In this document: positions 63,288 to 64,000 of the stretch, piece after piece
Layout of the letters: each line of letters begins with the position of its first letter
How positions within the stretch are numbered: the stretch's first letter is position 1
Assembly (NCBI GenBank): GCA_029261835.1
Contig: JAJDAO010000026.1
Span: 260,666 to 324,665, forward strand
DNA: 64,000 nt
Source: Deltaproteobacteria bacterium
GTDB lineage: Bacteria > Myxococcota_A > UBA9160 > UBA4427
Reading direction: 5' to 3'
Program-made: the position numbers and the translations under genes
The notes under the pieces: generated by a model
Databases searched by the model: none
Told to the model about the DNA's origin: nothing
What the model saw: only the letters and a program-made list of their open reading frames with translations

Positions 63288-64000
63288 GCCTGCACGGCCC
63301 GCCCGACCCGAAGCGATGGCCGCAGGCCGATTCACTGAGCGAGCTGGTGCGCTCTCTCCCCTTCCCCGATCCGCGGCAGGCCGGGCCCGACGGTCTGCTG
63401 GCCTACGGCGGCGATCTCGCGGCCGAACGTCTCGTCGCCGCCTATGCGCAGGGCGTCTTCCCGTGGTACGAGTCGACGCCCATTCTCTGGTATTCGCCCG
63501 ATCCCCGCAGCGTGCTCGTTCCGGCCGAGCTCGTCGTCAATCGAACGCTGCGCAAGAATCTGCGTCGTCGCCGCTTCGAAATCCGCTTCGACAGCGACTT
63601 TCGCGCCGTCATCGACGCCTGTGCGCGCGCACCGCGGCCGGATCAGGCCGGGACCTGGATCACCGACGACATGCTTGACGCCTACTGCGAGCTGCACGCG
63701 CTCGGCTTCGCCCACTCCGCCGAGGCCTGGCGCGATGGCGAGCTGGTGGGCGGTGTCTACGGCGTCTCGCTCGGGGCGGCATTCTTTGCCGAATCGATGT
63801 TCGCGCGCAGCAGCGATGCCTCCAAGGTGGCGTTTGTCCACTTGGTGGCACAAATCGCTACATGGAACTTTCGTTTTCTCGACTGTCAGGTCTACACCCC
63901 CCACACCGAGCGCCTGGGCGCACGGGCCTGGTCGCGCACGCGCTATCTCGAAGAGCTCGCGCGCGCTCTCGAGCGGCCAACGCGCCGGGGGCGGTGGGGC
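63284..64000 (+). CDS. aat: leucyl/phenylalanyl-tRNA--protein transferase (3' end beyond window)
   Basis: It is open-ended, so it is absent from the ORF track. My translation gives ...FPDPRQAGPDGLLAYGGDLAAERLVAAYAQGVFPWYESTPILWYSPDPRSVL...ELHALGFAHSAEAWRDGELVGGVYGVSLGAAFFAESMFAR. A GTG at 63284 overlaps the LOG stop (GTGA). An alternative GTG lies at 63347. Confidence 0.85.
   Translation, partial: MSLHGPPDPKRWPQADSLSELVRSLPFPDPRQAGPDGLLAYGGDLAAERLVAAYAQGVFPWYESTPILWYSPDPRSVLVPAELVVNRTLRKNLRRRRFEIRFDSDFRAVIDACARAPRPDQAGTWITDDMLDAYCELHALGFAHSAEAWRDGELVGGVYGVSLGAAFFAESMFARSSDASKVAFVHLVAQIATWNFRFLDCQVYTPHTERLGARAWSRTRYLEELARALERPTRRGRWG

Noticed and set aside
1-64000. Search for CRISPR arrays, tRNA/rRNA genes and prophage or defence-island hallmarks
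   Set aside because: I saw no regularly spaced direct repeats, no tRNA-like cloverleaf candidates in the intergenic regions inspected, and no rRNA signatures. I also found no recognisable restriction, toxin-antitoxin, Cas, integrase or phage structural genes. The only mobile DNA found is the IS5 element and the MITE-like palindrome.

Overview
This is a GC-rich chromosomal segment from a diderm (Gram-negative-type) bacterium. It carries Lpt, TonB/TBDR and sigma-54 machinery, and the overall gene content and TPR/NtrC richness would fit a Myxococcota- or deltaproteobacteria-like lineage, which I cannot verify. Most of the window is housekeeping: the lptC-lptA-lptB-rpoN block (rpoN is truncated at the left edge), trkH, ilvBN, two SDRs, an acyl-CoA ligase, PBP1A, gshB, an NtrC-family activator, ogt, a Cys/Met PLP enzyme, a LOG-family protein and aat (truncated at the right edge). 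I found no rRNA, tRNA or CRISPR. One intact IS5-family element (9171-10313) sits immediately after ilvN, with 17-bp inverted repeats and a CTAG target duplication. It is followed by about 0.9 kb of decayed DNA containing an SDR N-terminal remnant. Five regions deserve a second look. (1) A Zn-ribbon ORF is tightly coupled to two tandem ArsA/Get3-like ATPases with HSP20-like tails and no ars genes nearby (19.4-22.1 kb); this is my best candidate for an undescribed system. (2) A monocistronic gene for a secreted protein ends in an IPTL-CTERM-like sorting signal and has a consensus sigma-54 promoter, a repeat-rich leader and its own terminator (40.0-41.7 kb). (3) A 164-bp MITE-like palindromic element lies at 15184-15347. 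(4) An AMIN-domain protein sits with ExeA/GspB homologues but without T2SS core genes. (5) A TonB2-type (DUF3450/TtpC-like) energy module has rearranged gene order and lies beside a TBDR and GT-C-like membrane enzymes. All assignments rest on reading the supplied translations and the DNA; no database search was run.
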